From: Pseudomonas sp.
GTDB lineage: Bacteria > Pseudomonadota > Gammaproteobacteria > Pseudomonadales > Pseudomonadaceae
Reading direction: 5' to 3'
NCBI RefSeq assembly: GCF_048269965.1
Contig: NZ_JBLWTV010000007.1
Location: 171,663 to 235,662, forward strand
DNA length: 64,000 nucleotides
The position numbers and the translations under genes are program-made. The notes beneath the pieces are model-generated. The model was given only the letters and a program-made list of their open reading frames with translations, was not told the origin of the DNA and searched no databases. Shown here piece after piece: positions 60,675 to 64,000 of this stretch (the stretch's first letter is position 1; each line of letters begins with the position of its first letter).

Positions 60675-62063
60675 GTGACTCAAATGTCCGAACTGCATCA
60701 ACAAGACCTTGGTGTGGAAGCCCCCTACTGGCCGGTGGGGCCATTCAAGGTGCGTCTGCCTTTCATTCATTACCGCTTCGAAATCTCCGACTACATGCAG
60801 GGCCTGCTCATGTGTGCGGTGGACCTGGCGGCGATTCCGTTGATGACCGAATTCCTCGGCATGCCTTTCGAGGTGGCGCTGGCGGTGGTCATGCTCAACG
60901 GCCTGCTGTATCTGACCCACCACCTGCTGGGCGATCCGGTCGTTCCGGGCTGGATCACCCCGGCGATTCCGCTGTTGATGGCCTACTGCAGCCAGTTCCC
61001 GGAGGGCCCGGAGCGGGTGCATGCGCTGATTGCCTTCCAGTTGATGCTCGGGGTGTTCTCGATAGGCCTGGGCATGACGGGCATGGCGCGCAAGGTGGTG
61101 TCCCTGGTGCCCTCTGCGCTCAAGGCCGGCATCATCATGGGCGCCGGCCTTAGCGCGGTGGTGACGGTATTCAAGGAAGGCGGCCGCTTCGACAGCTTCC
61201 CCTGGACCATTTCCATCGCCGTCGGGATCGCCTTCTATCTGGTGTTCTCCCTTCACTTCCAGGAGCTGAAGAAGCGCAACCGCTTCTGGTGGAACTTCGC
61301 CAAGCTGGGCATCTTCCCGATCATTCTGCTGGCGGTGATCGTCGCGCCGATCTTCGGTGAGGCACCCTGGCCCAGCATCGAGTGGGGTATCAGCCAGCCG
61401 GACTTCGTCACCCTGTGGAACGAGTACACCGTATTCGGCCTTGGCATGCCGCCGCTGATGATGTTCGTCACCGCCATTCCCACCGTGTTCGCCGCCTATC
61501 TGGTGGTGTTCGGTGACGTGCTGGGGGCCAGGGCGATCCTGTCCGAAGCCGACCATGTGCGCAGTGACGAGAAGGTCGACTTCAACCCCAACCGCTCGCA
61601 CCTGATCTTTGGTGGGCGCAATGCCTTCATGAGCATCTTCGGCCCGGACGTGGCCATGTGTGGCCCGCAGTGGTCGGCCATGCAGGTGGTGATCACCGAA
61701 CGCTTCAAGGGCGGTGCCCAGGCAATGAAGTCCATCTACGGCGGCGTCGGCTCGTTCCGCTGGGGCACCAACACCGGCCTGTTGCTGCTGCCGGTGGTCA
61801 CCCTGCTGCAGCCGATTCTCGGTGTGGCGCTGGCGCTGACCCTGCTGATCCAGGGCTACGTCAGCGTGCGCCTGGGCATCATGGAGGCGCGCAGCCAGCG
61901 TGATCTGGGCATTGCCGGGGTGATCGGCGCAGTGCTGGCGATCAAGGGCGCCGGCTGGGCCTTCGCCATCGGCGTTGGCCTGTGCGCGCTGATCTATGGG
62001 GCAAGGATGTTCCGCGGCGAGAACGACCAGACCTTCACCAAGGACTTGCCGCCCGCCGAGTGA
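60675..62063 (+). CDS. Polytopic membrane protein, possibly an NCS2/AzgA-like permease
   Basis: 462 aa, more than 10 hydrophobic segments, and SALKAGIIMGAGL reminiscent of NCS2-type carriers. Family not verified. Confidence 0.6.
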   Translation: MTQMSELHQQDLGVEAPYWPVGPFKVRLPFIHYRFEISDYMQGLLMCAVDLAAIPLMTEFLGMPFEVALAVVMLNGLLYLTHHLLGDPVVPGWITPAIPLLMAYCSQFPEGPERVHALIAFQLMLGVFSIGLGMTGMARKVVSLVPSALKAGIIMGAGLSAVVTVFKEGGRFDSFPWTISIAVGIAFYLVFSLHFQELKKRNRFWWNFAKLGIFPIILLAVIVAPIFGEAPWPSIEWGISQPDFVTLWNEYTVFGLGMPPLMMFVTAIPTVFAAYLVVFGDVLGARAILSEADHVRSDEKVDFNPNRSHLIFGGRNAFMSIFGPDVAMCGPQWSAMQVVITERFKGGAQAMKSIYGGVGSFRWGTNTGLLLLPVVTLLQPILGVALALTLLIQGYVSVRLGIMEARSQRDLGIAGVIGAVLAIKGAGWAFAIGVGLCALIYGARMFRGENDQTFTKDLPPAE

Positions 62064-62126
62064 GGCCTTTGCAATCCCCCCATTCAGCCGAGGGGGGAAC
62101 GCCTCCCTCGGCAGCAGGAGAAAATC

Positions 62127-63587
62127 ATGCAACTGAACGATCCCGATCTGCTGCGCCATCAGGCCTATATCGACGGCCAGTGGTGTGACGCCAGTAATGG
62201 CGATGTGACTGAAATCTTCAACCCTGCCAACGGCGAGTCGCTGGGCAGCGTGCCGAACATCGGCGCCGCGCAGACCTGTCAGGCCATCGAGGCGGCGCAG
62301 GCTGCCCAGCCCGCCTGGCGTGCGTTGACAGCCAAGGAGCGGGCGGCACGACTGCGCAAATGGCACGAGCTGATGCTGGCCAATCAGGAAGACCTGGCCC
62401 GGATCATGACGGCCGAGCAGGGTAAGCCGCTGACCGAGGCGCGCGGTGAGGTGCTTTATGCGGCATCTTTCATCGAATGGTTCGCCGAAGAGGCCAAACG
62501 CGTCTACGGCGACACCATTCCCGGTCATCAGGCGGACAAGCGCCTGATCGTGAGCAAGGAACCCATTGGCGTGGCGGCTGCCATCACGCCCTGGAACTTC
62601 CCGGCGGCGATGATCACCCGCAAGGCTGGTCCGGCGTTGGCCGCTGGCTGCGCCATGGTGCTCAAACCGGCGCCGCAGACACCGTTCAGCGCGCTGGCGC
62701 TGGCGGTGCTGGCCGAGCGTGCGGGGATCCCGGCCGGGCTGTTCAGTGTGCTGCCGGCCGATGCCGAGCGTTCTCGGGACGTCGGTGCCGAGCTGTGCGC
62801 CAACCCCATCGTGCGCAAGCTGTCGTTCACCGGCTCCACCGGTGTCGGCATCAAATTGATGGAGCAATGTGCACCGACGCTGAAGAAACTTTCGCTGGAA
62901 CTCGGTGGCAATGCGCCGTTCATCGTCTTCGAGGATGCCGATCTCGATGCGGCGGTCGAAGGTGCGCTGGTCGCCAAGTACCGCAACGCCGGGCAGACCT
63001 GCGTCTGCGCCAATCGCTTGTATGTACACGAGGCTGTCTACGACGCCTTTGCCGAAAAGCTGGCCGCGGCCGTGGCCAGGCTGCGGGTTGGGCCGGGTGA
63101 TGAAGCAGGCGTCGTCATTGGCCCGCTGATCGATGGCAATGCCGTGGCCAAGGTGCAGGCTCACCTGGCCGATGCGCTGGAGAAGGGCGCCAAGCTGCTG
63201 CAGGGCGGCAAGCCGCACGCCTTGGGCGGGCACTTCTTCGAGCCCACGGTCATCACCGGTGTCACGGCGGATATGCGCGTGGCGCGCGAAGAGACCTTCG
63301 GCCCGCTGGCGCCGCTGTTCCGCTTCAGTGACGAAGCCGAAGTCGTGCGTCAGGCTAACGACACCGAGTTCGGCCTGGCCGGCTACTTCTATACCCGTGA
63401 CCTGGGCCGCACCTTCCGTGTAGCCGAGGCGCTGGAGTACGGGATGGTGGGTATCAATACCGGGCTGATTTCCAACGAAGTGGCGCCATTCGGCGGCATG
63501 AAATCCTCGGGCCTGGGTCGCGAGGGCTCCAAGTACGGGCTGGATGAGTACCTGGAGATCAAGTACCTCTGCCTGGGTGGTATCTGA
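62127..63587 (+). CDS. NAD(P)+-dependent succinate-semialdehyde dehydrogenase-like aldehyde dehydrogenase
   Basis: ALDH motifs FTGSTGVG, ELGGNAP and GQTCVCANR (catalytic Cys). Overall GabD-like. Confidence 0.88.
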   Translation: MQLNDPDLLRHQAYIDGQWCDASNGDVTEIFNPANGESLGSVPNIGAAQTCQAIEAAQAAQPAWRALTAKERAARLRKWHELMLANQEDLARIMTAEQGKPLTEARGEVLYAASFIEWFAEEAKRVYGDTIPGHQADKRLIVSKEPIGVAAAITPWNFPAAMITRKAGPALAAGCAMVLKPAPQTPFSALALAVLAERAGIPAGLFSVLPADAERSRDVGAELCANPIVRKLSFTGSTGVGIKLMEQCAPTLKKLSLELGGNAPFIVFEDADLDAAVEGALVAKYRNAGQTCVCANRLYVHEAVYDAFAEKLAAAVARLRVGPGDEAGVVIGPLIDGNAVAKVQAHLADALEKGAKLLQGGKPHALGGHFFEPTVITGVTADMRVAREETFGPLAPLFRFSDEAEVVRQANDTEFGLAGYFYTRDLGRTFRVAEALEYGMVGINTGLISNEVAPFGGMKSSGLGREGSKYGLDEYLEIKYLCLGGI

Positions 63588-63613
63588 GGCCGGCGGCTCC
63601 CACGGTGCCTTGA

Positions 63614-63915
63614 GTAGGGTGGACAACGCGAAGCTTGTCCGCCTTTTGTCATGCAGCGTCGCAGCCGAACCATGGTGGACAAGCCTTCGGCATGTCGCAC
63701 CCTACGCGAAGCTGGCTTCGGTCGATTGAAGGCTCTACAGCCGCTACAATGCGCGCCCCAGTGCGTAGGGTGGACAACGCGAAGCTTGTCCACCTTTTCT
63801 TCATGCTGCGTCGCAGCCGAACCATGGTGGACAAGCCTTCGGCATGTCGCACCCTACGCCAAGCTGGCTTCGGTCGATCGAAGGCGCCACAGCCGTTACA
63901 ATGCGCGCCACCGTG
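63614..63915. repeat. Two tandem copies of a 151-bp composite REP unit
   Basis: GTAGGGTGGACAACGCGAAGCTTGTCC..CATGGTGGACAAGCCTTCGGCATGTCGCACCCTACGC..CAATGCGCGCC starts at 63614 and again at 63765. The copies are near-identical by eye. Confidence 0.85.
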
Positions 63916-63938
63916 ACCCAAGCCCTTAGAGGTGCGCC

Positions 63939-64000
63939 ATGCAACCCTTCGCCATCGCCCCGTCGATCCTTTCCGCCGACTTCGCCCGCCTGGGTGAGGA
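63939..64000 (+). CDS. rpe: Ribulose-phosphate 3-epimerase (5' end only, runs off the window)
   Basis: ATG 63939 follows AGAGGTG. MQPFAIAPSILSADFARLGE is the canonical Rpe N-terminus. Confidence 0.85.
   Translation, partial: MQPFAIAPSILSADFARLGE

Noticed and set aside
60654-63626. 990-aa minus-strand ORF, with similar very long antisense ORFs at 20720..24199, 43337..46054, 594..2027 and 36091..37635.
   Set aside because: Their translations are low-complexity and rich in Arg, Ala, Gly and Gln, with no recognisable motifs. They lie exactly opposite genes with strong family signatures. This is the typical stop-codon-poor antisense frame of high-GC DNA.
63614-63915. Possible CRISPR array, because of the regularly spaced palindromic repeats.
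   Set aside because: There are only two units with a 151-bp period, the supposed spacers are themselves duplicated, and there are no cas genes. It is a REP/BIME-type tandem repeat. No CRISPR array was seen anywhere in the window.

Overview
High-GC (about 65% on hand-counted lines) gammaproteobacterial chromosome segment. Its gene order matches the Pseudomonas rpoD neighbourhood as I recall it. From the left: a sigma-54 activator with a TRAP transporter, several signalling genes, and egtD-egtB. After the accessory island come tRNA(CAU), a large RmcA-like c-di-GMP protein, rpoD-dnaG-rpsU, tsaD, plsY, folB-folK, cca, spoVR-yeaH-prkA, glpE, and apaH-apaG-rsmA-pdxA-surA-lptD. These are followed by amgK-murU-djlA, a sensor kinase/LuxR regulator pair with a PotABCD-like ABC importer, a four-gene sigma-54-controlled alcohol/aldehyde oxidation module, and the start of rpe. 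At least four families of REP-type palindromic repeats fill many intergenic gaps. The only clearly accessory stretch is about 11.9-20.6 kb, between egtB and the tRNA, with no integrase or transposase. It holds a Bro-N/XRE switch, a second small HTH gene, and a 3.7-kb AT-rich cassette (about 33-47% GC). The cassette encodes a translationally coupled SIR2-HerA pair plus a tightly linked KTSC-domain third cistron. Beyond the cassette lie a membrane NERD/Zn-ribbon nuclease-like gene, a frameshifted winged-helix gene and a class II Fic gene. The island also carries decayed 5' copies of both the Bro-N and Fic genes, with their operators, which suggests repeated cassette replacement. The best candidate for something new is the SIR2-HerA-KTSC operon, possibly extended by the upstream NERD gene. 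SIR2-HerA itself is a described anti-phage family; the KTSC cistron and NERD linkage are not, to my knowledge. All calls come from reading motifs in the supplied translations and sequence. No database search was run, and start codons are often uncertain because the ORF track uses alternative starts.
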